Assembly (NCBI RefSeq): GCF_963921235.1
Contig: NC_086100.1
Location: 199,580,001-199,644,000, forward strand
Reading direction: 5' to 3'
DNA length: 64,000 nt
Origin: Mobula hypostoma
Taxonomy: Eukaryota
Notes under the pieces: generated by a model
Told to the model about the DNA's origin: nothing
Databases searched by the model: none
What the model saw: the letters and a program-made list of their open reading frames with translations, nothing else
Shown here: positions 23,830 through 37,179 of the stretch, piece after piece
How the letters are laid out: every line of letters starts with the position of its first letter
Numbering within the stretch: the stretch's first letter is position 1
Position numbers and translations under genes: made by a program

Positions 23830-26800
23830 GAGTGGGGGTGCGGAGGAAGCCACTTTTGAATTTTTCGGTTTTTTTCCATCGGCGTTCAGAGAGGCGGGAC
23901 TGCGCAGGCGTGTGACATCGGGCAGTGAAGCGCGGAAGATTTAAAAGGAACAGAGCCTCATACAGCGGGCAGTGCAGTGAGCCAGGAGCAGAGTGAAGGC
24001 TTAAGGGCTTTGGCTCAACAGGCTTAGGCAGAAACGGGCGAGGCGAAGAGGGTTTGGTATTCATTTTTTGTTGTTATTTCAGGAGAGGGGCAGTATGAGT
24101 GTGAGGGCAGTTTGTTGGTGCCGGATATGGGAGGTCCTGGAGTTTCCAAGCCTCCCGGACGTCCACATCTGCGCCAGGTGCGCCGAGATGCAGCTCCTAA
24201 GGGACTGCGTTAGGGAACTGGAGCTGCAGCTCGATGACCTTCGTCTGGTCAGGCAGAGTGAGGAGTTGATAGAGAGGAGTTATAGGCAGGTGGTCACACC
24301 AGGGCCACAGTAGGCAGACCAGTGGGTCACGGTTAGGAGGGGGAAGGGGAAGAGTCAGGTAATAGAGAGTACCCCGGTGGCTGTGCCCCTTGACAATAGG
24401 TACTCCTGTTTGAGTTCTGTTGGGGGGGACAGCTTACCCGAGGGAAGCGACAGTGGCCGTGCCTCCGGCACAGAGTCCGGCCCTGTAGCTCAGGAGGGTA
24501 GGGAAAGGAAGAGGAGGGCAGTTGTGATAGGGGACTCGATAGTAAGGGGGTCAGATAGGCGATTCTGTGGACGCAGTCCAGAGACCCGGATGGTAGTTTG
24601 CCTCCCTGGTGCCAGGGTCCGGGATATTTCTGATCATGTCCAAGATATCCTGAAGTGGGAGGGTGAGGAGCCAGAGGTCGTGGTACATATAGGTACCAAT
24701 GACATAGGTAGGAAAAGGGAAGAGGTCCTGAAAGGAGAATACAGGGAGTTAGGAAGGGAGTTGAGAAAAAGGACCGCAAAGGTAGTAATCTCGGGATTAC
24801 TGCCTGTGCCACGCGACAGTGAGAGTAGGAATGCGATGAGGTGGAGGATAAATGCGTGGCTGAGCGATTGGAGCAGGGGGCAGGGATTCAAGTTTTTGGA
24901 TCATTGGGACCTCTTTTGGCGCGGGTGTGACCTGTACAAAAAGGATGGGTTACACTTGAATCCTAGGGGGATCAATATCCTGGCAGGGAGATTTGCGAGG
25001 GCTACTGAGGTGACTTTAAACTAGAATGGTTGGGAGGTGGGAATCAAATTAAAGAGACTAGGAGAGAGGAGGTTAGTTCACAACAGGGGGATGGGAACCA
25101 GTGCAGAGAGACAGAGGGGTGTAAAATGAGGGTAGAAGCAAAAAGTACTAAGGAGAAAAGTAAAAGTGGCAGGCTGGCAAATCCAGGGCAAAAATCAAAA
25201 AGGGCCACTTTTCAACATAATTGTATAAGGGCTAAGAGTGTTGTAAAAGCAAGCCTGAAGGCTTTGTGTGTCAATGCAAGGAGCATTCGTAACAAGGTGG
25301 ATAAATTAAAAGTGCAGATTGATATTAATGAATATGATATAGTTGGGATCACAGAGACATGGCTCCAGGGTGACTAAGGATGGGAGCTCAACATTCAGGG
25401 ATATTCAATATTCAGGAGGGATAGACATGAAAGAAAAGGAGGTGGGGTAGCATTGCTGGTTAGAGAGGAGATTAATGCAATAGAAAGGAAGGACATTAGT
25501 TGGGAGGATGTGGAATTGATATGGGTAGAGCTGCATAACACTAAGGGGCAGAAAACACTGGTGGGAGTTGTGTACAGAACATCTAACAGTAGTAGTGAGG
25601 TTGGGGATGGCATTAAACAGGAAATTAGAAATGCGTGCAATCAAGGAACAGCAGTTATAATGGGTGACTTCAATCTACGTATAGATTAGGTGAACCAATT
25701 TGGTAAGGGTGCTGAGGAAGAGGATTTCTTGGAATGTATGCGGGATGGTTTTTTGAACCAACATGTTGAGGAACCAACTAGAGAGCAGGCTATTCTAGTC
25801 TGGGTATTGAGCAATGAGGAAGGGTTAATTAGCAATCTTGTCCTGAGAGGCCCCTTGGGTAAGAGTGACTATAACATGGTGGAATTCTTCATTAAGATGG
25901 AGAGTGACATAGTTAATTCAGAAACAAAGGTTCTGAACTTAAAGAAGGGTAACTTTGAAGGTATGAAACGTGAATTAGCTAAGATACACTGGCAAATGAC
26001 ACTTAAAGGGTTGACGGTGGATATGCAATGGCAAGCATTTAAAGATCGCATGGATGGACTACAACAATTGTTCATCCCAGTTTGGCAAACGAATAAATCA
26101 GGGAAGGCAGTGCACCTGTGGCTAACAAGGGAAATTAGGGATAGTATCAATTCCAAAGAAGAAGCATACAAATTAACCAGAGAAAGCGGCACACCTGAGG
26201 ACTGGGAGAAATTCAGAGTTCAGCAGAGGAGGACAAAGGGCTTAATTAGGAAGGGGAAAAAAGATTATGAGAGAAAACGGGCAGGGAACATAAAAACTGA
26301 CTGTAAAAGCTTTTATAGATATGTGAAAAAAAAGATTGGTTAAGACAAATCTAGGTCCCCTACAGACAGAAAAAGGTGAATTGATTATGGGGAGCAAGGA
26401 CATGGCAGACCAATTGAATAACTACTTTGGTTCTGTCTTCACTGAGGAGGACATAAATAATCTTCCGGAAATAGTAGGGGACAGAAGGTCCAGTGAGATG
26501 GAGGAACTGAGGGAAATACATGTTAGTAGGCAAGTGGTGGTAGGGAAATTGAAGGGATTAAAGGCAGATAAATTCCCAGGGCCAGATGGTCTGCATCCCA
26601 GAATGTTTAAGGAAGTAGCCCAAGAAATAGTGGATGCATTAGCGATAACTTTTCAAAACTCTTTAGATTCTGGACTAGTTCCTGAGGATTGGAGGGTGGC
26701 TAATGTAACTCCACTTTTTAAAAAAGGAGGGAGAGAGAAACCGGGGAATTATAGACCGGTTAGCCTAACGTCGGTGGTGGGGAAACTGCTGGAGTCAGTT

Positions 26801-28152
26801 ATCAAGGATGTGATAACAGCACATTTGGAAAGCGGTGAAATGATCGGACAAAGTCAGCATGGATTTGTGAAAGGAAAATCATGTCTGACGAATCTCATAG
26901 AATTTTTTGAGGATGTAACTAGTAGAGTGGATAGGGGAGAACCAGTGGATGTGGTATATTTGGATTTTCAAAAGGCTTTTGACAAGGTCCCACACAGGAG
27001 ATTAGTGTGCAAACTTAAAGCACACGGTATTGGGGTATGGTATTGATGTGGATAGAGAATTGGTTGGCAGACAGGAAGCAAAGAGTGGGAATAAACGGGA
27101 CCTTTTCAGAATGGCAGGCAGTGACTAGTGGGGTACCGCAAGGCTCAGTGCTGGGACCCCAGTTGTTTACAATATATATTAATGACTTAGATGAGGAATT
27201 AAATGCAGCATCTCCAAGTTTGCGGATGACAAGAAGCTGGGCGGCAGTGTTAGCTGTGAGGAGGATGCCAAGAGGATGCAGGGTGACTTGGATAGGTTAG
27301 GTGAGTGGGCAAATTCCTGGCAGATGCAATTTAATGTGCATAACTGTGAGGTTAATCCACTTTGGTGGCAAAAACAGGAAAACAGATTATTATCTGAATG
27401 GTGGCTGATTAGGAAAAGGGGAGGTGCATCGAGACCTAGGTGTCATTATACACCAGTCATTGAAGGTGGGCATACAGGTACAGCAGGCGGTGAATAAGGC
27501 GAATGGTATGCTGGCATTTATAGCGAGAGGATTCGAGTACGGGAGCAGGGAGGTACTACTGCAGTTGTACAAGGCATTGGTGAGACCACACCTAGAGTAT
27601 TGTGTGCAGTTTTGGTCCCCTAATCTGAGGAAAGACATTCTTGCCAAAGAGGGAGTACAAAGAAGGTTCACCAGATTGATTCCTGGGATGGCATGACTTT
27701 CATATGATGAAAGACTGGATCAACTAGGCTTATATTCGGTGGAATTTAGAAGATTGAGGGGGGATCTTATTGAAACCTATAAAATCCTAAAGGGATTGGA
27801 CAGGCTAGATGCAGGAAGATTGTTCCCGATATTGGGGAAGTCGAGAACGAGGGGTCACAGTTCGAGGATAAAGGGGAAGCCTTTTAGGACTGAGATTAGG
27901 AAAAACTTCTTCACACAGAGAGTGGTGAATCTGTGGAATTCTCTGCCACAGGAAACAGTTGAGGCCAGTTCATTGGCTATATTTAAGAGGGAGTTAGATA
28001 TGGCCCTTGTGGCTAAAGGGATCAGGGGGTATGGAGGGAAGGCAGGTACAGGGTTCTGAGTTGGATGATCAGCCATGATCATACTGAATGGTGGTGCAGG
28101 CTCGAAGGGCCGAATGGCCTACTGCTGCACCGATTTTCTATGTTTCTATGTT
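23830..28152 (+). mobile_element. Full-length CR1 LINE: 5' UTR, ORF1 (zinc finger and SGNH esterase), ORF2 (APE endonuclease and RT), disrupted
   Basis: ORF1 has 'HICARC', 'VVIGDSIVRG', 'VVHIGTND' and 'DGLH'. ORF2 has 'NARSIRNK', 'ITETWL', 'MGDFN', 'QHGF' and '[10 protein letters not shown]'. (tttctatg)n tail. The 5' boundary is approximate. Confidence 0.93.
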
Positions 28153-30866
28153 TCAATATTCCTGGATTTCAGTGCTTTAAAAGAGATGAGGGGCGGGGAA
28201 GGGGAGGAGGTGTGGCATTACTGGTCAGGGATACTATTACAGCTACAGAAAGGGTGGGTAATGTAGCAGGATCCTCTTTTGAGTCAGTATGGGTGGAAGC
28301 CAGGAACAGGAAGGGAGCAGTTACTCTATTGGGGGTATTCTATAGGCCCCCTGGTAACAGCAGAGATACAGAGGAGCAGATTGGGAGGCAGATTTTGGAA
28401 AGGTGCAAAAATAACAGGGTTGTTATCATGGGTGACTTTAACTTCCCTAATATTGATTGGCACCTGATTAGTTCCAAGGGTTTAGATGGGGCAGAGTTTG
28501 TTAAGTGGGTCCAGGACGGATTCCTGTCACAGTATGTGGACAGGCCGACTAGGGGGAATGCCATACTAGATCTAGTACTAGGTAATGAACCGGGTCAGGT
28601 CACAGATCTCTCAGTGAGTGAGCATCTGGGGGACAGTGACCACCGCTCCCTGGCCTTTAGCATTATCATGGAAAAGGATAAAATCAGAGAGGACAGGAAC
28701 ATTTTTAATTGGGGAAGGGCAAATTATGAGGCTATAAGAGTAGAACTTGCAGGTGTGAATTGGGATGATGTTTTTGCAGGGAAATGTACTGTGCACATGT
28801 GGTCGATGTTTAGAGATCTATTGCCGGATGTTAGGGATAAATTTGTCCTGGTGAGGAAGATAAAGAATGGTAGGGTGAAGGAACCATGGGTGACAAGTGA
28901 GGTGGAAAATCTAGTCGGGTGGAAGAAAGCAGCATACATGAGGTTTAGGAAGCAAGGATCAGATGGGTCTTTTGAGGAATATAGGGAAGCAAGAAAGGAG
29001 CTTAAGAAGGGGCTGAGAAAAGCAAGAAGGGGGCATGAGAAGGCCTTGGCGAGTAGGGTAAAGGAAAACCCCAAGGCATTCTTCAATTATGCGATGAACA
29101 AAAGGATGACAGGAATGAAGGTAGGACCGATTAGAGATAAAGGTGGGAAGATGTGCCTAGAGGCTGTGGAAGTGAGCGAGGTCCTCAATGAATACTTCTC
29201 TTCGGTATTCACCAATGAGAGGGAACTTGATGATGGTGAGGACAATATAAGTGAGGTTGATGTTTTGGAACATGTTGATATTAAGGGAGAGGAGGTGTTG
29301 GAGTTGTTAAAATACATTAGGATGGATAAGTTCCCGGGGCCTGACGGAATATTCCCCAGGCTGCTCCACGAGGTGAGGGAAGAGATTGCTGAGCCTCTGG
29401 CTAGGATCTTTATGTCCTCGTTGTCCACGGGAATGGTACCGGAGGACTGGAGGAAGGCGAATGTTGTTCCCTTGTTCAAAAAATGTAGTAGCGATAGTCT
29501 GGGTAATTATAGACCAGTGAGCCTTCAATCTGTGGTGGGAAAGCTGCTGGAAAAGATTCTTAGAGATAGGATCTATAGGCATTTAGAGAATCATGGTCTG
29601 ATCAGGGACAGTCAGCATAGCTTTATAAAGGGCAGATCGTGTCTAACAAGCCTGATAGAGTTCTTTGAGGTGGTGACCAGGCATATAGATGAGGGTAGTG
29701 CAGTGGATGTGATCTATATAGATTTTAGTAAGGCATTTGACAAGGTTCCACACGGTAGGATTATTCAGAATGTCAGAAGGCATGGGGTCCAGGGAAGTTT
29801 GGCCAGGTGGATTCAGAATTGGCTTGCCTGCAGAAGGCAGAGGGTGGTGGTGGAGGGGGTACATTCAGATTGGAGGATCGTGACTAGTGGTGTCCCACAA
29901 GGATCTGTTCTGGGACCTCTACTTTTCGTGATTTTTATCAATGACCCGGATGTGGGGGTAGAAGGGTGGGTTGGCAAGTTTGCAGACGACACAAAGGTTG
30001 GTGGTGTTGTAGATAGTGTAGAGGATTGTCGAAGATTGCAGAGAGACATTGATAGGATGCAGAAGTGGGCTTAGAAGTGGCAGATGAAGTTCAACCCGGA
30101 GAAGTGTGAGGTGGTACACTTTGGAAGGACAAACTCCAAGGCAGAGTACAAAGTAAATGGCAGGATACTTGGTAGTGTGGGGGAGCAAAGGGATCTGGGG
30201 GTACATGTTCACAAATCCCTGAAAGTTGCCTCACAGGTAGATAGGGTAGTTAAGAAAGCTTATGAGATGTTAGCTTTCATTAGTCGAGGGATAGACTTTA
30301 AGAGTCGCGGTGTAGTGATGCAGCTCTATAAAACTCTGGTTAGGCCACACTTGGAGTACTGTGTCCAATTCTGGTCACCTCACTATAGGAAGGATGTGGA
30401 AGCATTGGAAAGGGTACAGAGGAGATTTACCAGGATGCTGCCTAGTTTAGAAAGTATGAATTATGATCAGAGATTAAGGGAGCTAGGGCTTTACTCTTTG
30501 GAGAGAAGGAGGATGAGAGGAGACATGATAGACAAGATAATAAGAGGAATAGATAGAGTGGATAGCCAGCGCCTCTTCCCCAGGGCACCACTGCTCAGTA
30601 CAAGAGGACATGGCTTTAAGGTAAGGGGTGGGAAGTTCAAGGGGGATATTAGAGGAAGGTTTTTTACTCAGAGAGTGGTTGGTGCGTGGAATGCACTGCC
30701 TGAGTCAGTGGTGGAGGCAGATACACTCGTGAAGTTTAAGAGACTACTAGACAGGTATATGGAGGCATTTAAGGTGGGGGGTTATATGGGAGGCAGGGTT
30801 TGAGGGTCGGCACAACACTGTGGGCCGAAGGACCCGTAATGTGTTGCACTATTCTATGTTCTATGT
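28153..30866 (+). mobile_element. 5'-truncated CR1 LINE (second subfamily) with ORF2 broken by one stop at 30072-30074
   Basis: ORFs 28065-30074 and 30084-30803 are in the same frame and cover endonuclease C-terminus plus RT. (ttctatg) tail. Confidence 0.95.
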
Positions 30867-31019
30867 GGTACCAGTGCGGAACAAGCTGCCAACAGAAGTA
30901 GTGGAAGTGCTCCATGGTTTTTAGCCTCTGTTGAAGAACTTGGGTCACTCCTATTAGCCTGGAACCCATGCCATTTTATACTCCAGGTTCCTGATTCCAG
31001 ATTGTTTATAATTTCCAGT

Positions 31020-31560
31020 ACACACGTGTAGATGAGAATGAAATAATTGTTACTCCAGTGCAAAAACCACAATAAATATAAATTCACAAAGTGCCTTATA
31101 CAGTACACATAGATTGATTGTATGTCCGTAAAGTGATGTGAGGCACAGGGGTGTCTGTAAATAAAGTGATCGACAGGAAATGATAAAGTTGTGGTGGTTG
31201 GAGGTGTGGAGGGATGGGTCAGTGGGTGGAGGTGTTGATCAGGCTCTCTGCTTGGGGAAGGTCACTGTTTTTGAGTCTGGTGGTCCTGGTGTGGATGCTA
31301 TGTAGCCTCCTCCCTAATTGGAGTGGGACAAACAGTCCATGGGCAGGGTGGGAGGGACCCTTCATAATGTTACTGGCCCTTTTCTGGCACCTTTCTGTAT
31401 ATTTGCTCTTTAAGGTGGGGGGTAGGTTGGTGCTGGTGATACACTGGACAGTGTTGACTACCTGTGGTAGAGTCTCCGTTTCCATCGCAGTGTGGTTTCC
31501 ACGCCACACGGTGATGCAGCTTGTTAGGATGTTCTCTACCACACATCTGTAAAAGGTCAT
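31020..31560 (-). mobile_element. Rex1-like LINE 3' fragment
   Basis: 'FYRCVVENILTSCITVW...RRLHSIHTRTTRLKNS' (ORF 31219-31713). Confidence 0.8.
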
Positions 31561-32504
31561 GTGATTATTCAAGGTGTCAAAGGTTACCAGGAGAAGGCAG
31601 AAGAATGGAGTTGAGAGGGACAGTGAATCACTCATAACCAAATGGAGGAGCAGACTCGATGGAACGAATGGCCGAATTCTGTTCCTGTCTGTTACAGTTC
31701 CAAAATCAAGCAAAGACGATTGAACAGACAGTGCCTGGGATGGGATGGGTCGCTAATGATGTTACAAGAACGTCATAGCCATTGAGAGTTGTAGATTGTC
31801 TCCATTTCATTCACATTGCCAGTCGAGACCCTTCGACATCCTGCTTAGGGCTTGGATGTCAACTCTAACCAGGTTTTATGTGGGTAGCAGCCACTGACAC
31901 AGCCCAGAATCCTTCTCCATGAACTATTTCAAAATGTAAATCACAAGCAGTAATGGGTTTTGTGTTGAGGAGAACGTGATGTACTCAGACAGGAGCCTGC
32001 ACAGCACGAACCACTGGCCCTCGGCAGGAGACTGCTCCAGAGATATGGTTTCCAAACTGACACAACGACTGGCTCAACAAACAGAGAATAGAACTATGTT
32101 ACTGAAAGCAGGCATCAGGTAATCTTCAGCTCAGATGTTGTACAGCATTGTGACAGAGATCAAAAGAGGTTCCAGTCTGGGTGTTTGATCATTCAGCTGC
32201 ACCAAACATTGTCAGCAACATATTTCTTCGGTATTTATGTATCGAGAGTATTTATGTATTTACAATATGTGTTCAGGAAAAAGAAGCGAAAGAAATTCCT
32301 CCTCATCTGGTCTAAATGGCTGTGCCCTCTGGTCCTAGACTTCCCCACTAGAGGAAACATCCACTTCACATCCACTCTATGAAGGATTCAATTGGTTTCA
32401 GTGAGATCCCCTCATTCTTCTAAACTCCAGTGAGTACAAGGCCCAGAGCTATCAAATTATTCTCAAACATTAACCCTTTCATACCGAGATAATTCTTGTG
32501 AACC

Positions 32505-33430
32505 ATTCAATTTCTTTAGTATACACATCACCGAGGTCCTCAGTTGGTCTGTACATACCGGCTGTGGGTGAAAAAAAACATAACAGTGCCTCTTTCACCT
32601 GAGACAGTTCAGCATGAGTCCCCAAGTCCAAAGGTCTTTCTACAGGGGCACAGTTGAGAGCATCCTGACTGGCTGCATCACCACCTGGTATGGGAACTGT
32701 ACTTCCCTCAATCGCAGGACTCTGCAGAGAGTGGTGCGGACAGCCCAGCGCATCAGTAGATGTGATCTTCCCACTATTCCGGACATTTACAGAGACAGGT
32801 GTGAAAAAAGGCCTGAAGGATCACTGGGGACCCGAGTCACCCCAAGCACAAACTGTTCCAGCTGTTACCCTCCGGAAAATGGCAGTGCAGCATAAAAGCC
32901 AAGATCAACAGGCTCCAGACAGCTTCTTCCACCAGGCCATCAGACTGATTAATTCACACTGACACAATTGTATTTCTAAACTTTATTGACTTCTGTTGTA
33001 TATCTTACTGTACATACTATTAACATAGAAACATAGAAAATAGGTGCAGGAGTACGCCATTCAGCCCTTCGAGCCTGCACCGCCATTTATTATGATCATG
33101 GCTGATCATCCAACTCAGAACCCTGCCCCAGCCTTCCCTCCATACCTCCTGACCCCTGTAGCCACAAGGGCCATATCTAACTCCCTCTTAAATATAGCCA
33201 ATGAACTGGCCTCAACAGTTTGCTGTGGCAGAGAATTCCACAGATTCACCACTCTCTGTGTGAAGAAGTTTTTCCTAATCTCGGTCCTAAAAGGCTTCCC
33301 CTCTATCCTCAAACTGTGACCATTCATTACAAATTACTATAATTTGCTCACTGTACATTCAGACAGAGATGTAACATAAAGATTTTTACTCCTCATGTAT
33401 GTAAAGGATGTAAGAAATAAATCGAATCAA
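32505..33430 (+). mobile_element. Rex1-like LINE 3' fragment containing an inverted CR1 3' end (33023-33321, minus strand)
   Basis: 'FYRGTVESILTGCITTWYGNC'; nested 'FFTQRVVNLWNSLP' on the minus strand. Confidence 0.8.
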
Positions 33431-35081
33431 AGCCAATCCAATCTAAATTAATCCTCTTGCCTCCAATGGCAACACATCCTTTCTTCGATCAGGGGCCCAA
33501 AACCTACTGTCAATCTCCAAGTGCGGTCTGAGCAAAGAAGGGTGTGGACCAGCACAGGTACATGGGTTTAGTACTGATGGGTAATCAGTATGAAACACCA
33601 GCACTGATGAGATGGACTGAAGGACTGAGTACAGGGGTTTCTGCACAAACATTGATATGGCACTGTGATGTACAGTCAATGCAGATGCAAGAGTGGACAG
33701 AAAGCAGCACACACACAATGCTGGAGGAGCTCAGCAGGCCAGTCAGCATCACTGGAAAAGAGTAATCAGGCAACCTTTCAAAATGAGTCCCTTCATCAGT
33801 ACTGGAAAAAAAACCTGAGAAGTTCTTTTAACAGTCCTGAAGAAGGGTTGCAGCAAAGACATCCCATGTCAAAGTGAGCAGGGTAGAATAATCTGCAATG
33901 GTTAAAAACAAAGAACACAGAACAGTACAGGCCCTTCGGCCCACAATCCTGTGCAGACCCTTTGATCTCTCTGAGATCAATCTAACCCTTCCCTCCTACA
34001 TAGCCCTCCATTTTCTATCATCTGTGTGTCTATCTTATAGTCTCCTAAATGTCCCCAAAGGTACTGCCTCAATCCCCCACCCCTCCTGCCAACACGTTTC
34101 ACACACCCACCACCCTGTGTGTAGAAAAAAACTACCTCTACCCCTCTCCGGGAACGTGTTCCACACATCCAACACTTCGTGTGTAGAAGAACTCTACCTC
34201 TACCACCCCCCCCCCATACTTTCCTCCAATCACCTTAAAATCATGCCCCCTCATTCTGGACATTGCCTCCCTGGGAGGGAAAAAGGCTCTGGCTGTCTCC
34301 TCAATCTGTGCCTCTTATCCTCTCGTACACCTCTATCAAGTCATCTCTCATTTTCCTTCACTCCAAAGATAAAGGCCCCAAGCTCACTCTACGTATCCTC
34401 ATTAGACACGCTCTCCAGCCAGACACATCCTGGAGGATGAGGGGAGATTTGATTCAGGTACACACAACTATGAGGGCTACAGATGGGGTAAATGCAAGCA
34501 AGCTTTTTACACTCAGGTTGTGTGAGACTAGAACCGGGGTGGTGAGTTAAGGGTGAAGGGCAAAATGTTTAAAGGGTACATGAGGGGGACAGAGGGAGGT
34601 GAGAGAGTGGAATGAGAAGTGCTGGGTGTGGGTTTGATTTTAATATTTAAGGAAAATTTGGACAGAGGGGATGGAAGGGATGTGGAGGGCTATGGTCCAG
34701 ATACCGGTCAATTGCCAAGGCAGATTAACAGTTCAACACAGACTGGATGGGCCGAAGAGCCTGTTTCTGTGCTGTAGTGATCCATGACTACATGTAATAC
34801 GATGTGGTGTTCATGGATTTCAGCAAGGCATTTGATAAGCTACCCCATTCAAGGCTTACTGAGAAAGTAAGGAGGCATGGGATCCAAGGGGACCCTGCCT
34901 TGTGGATCCAGAACTGGCTTGCCCACAGAAGGCAAAGTGTGGCTGAGGACAGGTCATATTCTGCTGATGATACAGAGGTTAGGGGTGTTGTGGACAGTGT
35001 GGAGGGCTGTCAGAGGTTAAAGCGGGACATCGATAGGATACGAATCTGATCTTAAGTCCCAGGATCAGATGGGGAATGCCA

Positions 35082-35292
35082 ACAAGGACTGGAGGAGGGA
35101 GTGGAGATTTCCCGGGATAGTCCGGGTTCAGGAGAGTTTGTCACTGGTGGAGAGTGGGAGTTGGGGTTGTCCTCAGTTAGGGAGTGACACAAGGACTGGA
35201 GGAGGGAGTGGAGTTTTCCCAGGATAGTCCGGGTTCGGTAGAGTTTGTTCACTGGTGGAGAGTGGGAGTCAGGATTGTCCTCAGATAGGGAG
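35082..35292. repeat. Two-copy direct repeat, ~107-bp period
   Basis: acaaggactggaggagggagtggag...gtcctcag.tagggag at 35082 and 35189. Confidence 0.85.
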
Positions 35293-35969
35293 CCACACAA
35301 TCCGACAATACAGAAACAGACCTTTGACCCATTTGGCCCATGCAAACCAAGATTCCCATTTCCCAGACAACAATCCCAGTGGGATCATCAACCATCACTG
35401 GCACACCAGGGGTTAAGTGTGCAGACGGTCTCAGATTCAGCCCAATCCAAGGAGTACAGTCCTGCCTCTGGGGTCCCATCTTCAGTAATTCTGAGGTCCC
35501 ACATCCAGGAGCCCATCTCTGGAAGGGCCAGTGTGCCACCTCTGGGATTCCACCTCCAGTATCCTATCTCTAGCGGACCCAGACTCCCATCTCCATGGCA
35601 CGGGATACCCTCCTCCACTGAGACTACACAGAGCACCAGAGATCAAATGAAGGAAGCACAATCATCCTTCCTTTCATGTGTTCTCATGTGTTTTGTGTAC
35701 TACTGTGCTTTTCACCCTGCTTCGGGGAAACGCAGTCTCCTTTCTATATTCATTTTATGAGTTATATACTTTAATGTATGTAGTTAAATAACAATAAACT
35801 TCACTTGACTTGACTTGACAAACCATCCTGAGAGTGAGGGAGGAGCAAATGTGGAGATGTTCCCTCCAGCAGGGACAGTCATTTCAGACATAACTGTACG
35901 GGAACTTCTCCCTCAGGATCTCTCAGCCCTAGAGGCTGGTGAAGACCTGGGGGTGGGGCAGGCGAGGAG

Positions 35970-36122
35970 AGTCTCAGACAGGCAGAAGATCAGCTTTGAA
36001 CAACTGGAGGATTGAGGACTGTGGGGACTGTCATACTGAAGATGGGACAGTCTCAGACAGGCAGAAGATCAGTTTTGAACAATTGGAGGATTGAGGACTG
36101 TGGGGACTGTCATACTGAAGAT
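35970..36122. repeat. Two-copy direct repeat, 79-bp period, just downstream of the ApoL stop codon
   Basis: agtctcagacaggcagaagatcag...tcatactgaagat at 35970 and 36049. Confidence 0.9.
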
Positions 36123-36154
36123 AGGGTCTGTGGCTCATTGAATGGTGGGTCAGG

Positions 36155-37108
36155 TTAGAGGGATCGAATGGCCAACCTACCATTCTGGCTGTGCCCACTG
36201 CAAGTGAGGACACCGCTGATGTCCTTGTAAATATCCTGGAACTCACCCAGCTTGCCCTCAATCTCAGCTGCCTTGTCGAGCACTCGCTGGGACAGCTCGG
36301 TCTTGCTCCCCTTGCTCAAATCGATCATCTCCGTGGCCAGGGAGTAGACGTCCCAGGCCACACAGGCTGAGGACAGGGCCAGCCGAGCCACTTGGGCGCT
36401 GCCTGATACCAGTCTGGGCGTGCCACGCAGCAGGGTCTGCAGGCGGCTGGCACCCTCCAGGAGACGGCCACCCTGCAGGCTGCTGGCCATGGCTGACACC
36501 TCTGTGGCCAGCCGCTGCAGGCTGGACATCTGGGCCAGGGACTGGCTGGCCAGAACACTGCTCACAAGCACATAGCCGTTGTGCCCCACAGAGATGGGCC
36601 GAATGCCCAACCGTTTGGCCAGGCCGACGGCGATCTCCTCCTGGCTAAAGCCGGCTAGGCGCTGGATGGCCCTGGAGGCTACCCCAAAGCAGTCCATCAG
36701 CTCCCAGCTACTGCTGTTGTATCGTTCCAGGATCTCATCCATTTTCTGCTGGTGGCCCCTGTTGAGCAGGGTCTCGGTCACGCTGGCAGAGGAGGCAGTG
36801 AGTCCCCCGACCATGGCGGCCCCCGTCAGGAGGAGGGAGGTGCCGCCTGTGAAGGGCGCGGTCAGCAGTCCTGCTAGCAGCATGCCCCCTCCCAGCGCGC
36901 TGGTGCCAGTGCCCACGGCTGAGGCAACGCTGGCTCTGTGGTGAACCTTGTCAATGCTGGCCGCCACCTCCCGCAGCTCCTGCACACTTCGCTCGATCTG
37001 TTTCTCCAACATGGGGAAGATGATGCAGAATCGCTCCAGGTCCGCGTAGCTCTTTTCCACCTCGGTCGAGGCCAGTTCATCCTTTGGGCTCCTGAGGGAT
37101 CCAGACAT
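36155..37108 (-). CDS. APOL: Apolipoprotein L family protein, main coding exon (317-aa ORF; likely splice acceptor at 37092/37091)
   Basis: Uninterrupted GC-rich non-TE ORF. It has the ApoL hallmarks 'FPMLEKQIERSVQELREVAASIDKVHH', the hydrophobic hairpin 'GGGMLLAGLLTAPFTGGTSLLL' and C-terminal 'DVYSLATEMIDLSKGSKTELSQRVLDKAAEIEGKL'. Paralog number cannot be assigned. Confidence 0.9.
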   Translation of the reverse strand: MSGSLRSPKDELASTEVEKSYADLERFCIIFPMLEKQIERSVQELREVAASIDKVHHRASVASAVGTGTSALGGGMLLAGLLTAPFTGGTSLLLTGAAMVGGLTASSASVTETLLNRGHQQKMDEILERYNSSSWELMDCFGVASRAIQRLAGFSQEEIAVGLAKRLGIRPISVGHNGYVLVSSVLASQSLAQMSSLQRLATEVSAMASSLQGGRLLEGASRLQTLLRGTPRLVSGSAQVARLALSSACVAWDVYSLATEMIDLSKGSKTELSQRVLDKAAEIEGKLGEFQDIYKDISGVLTCSGHSQNGRLAIRSL

Positions 37109-37179
37109 GGATTAGTGGACACTACAGCTCAGGAATTGACACTTCTCCCCCAATATTGTGCAAGATAACTAAATCACTA

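Noticed and set aside
24377..25024. SGNH esterase as a host gene
   Set aside because: It is the ORF1 esterase domain of the CR1 element, directly upstream of ORF2.
36325..37168. Overlapping alternative-frame and antisense ORFs over ApoL
   Set aside because: Expected shadows of a GC-rich coding exon.
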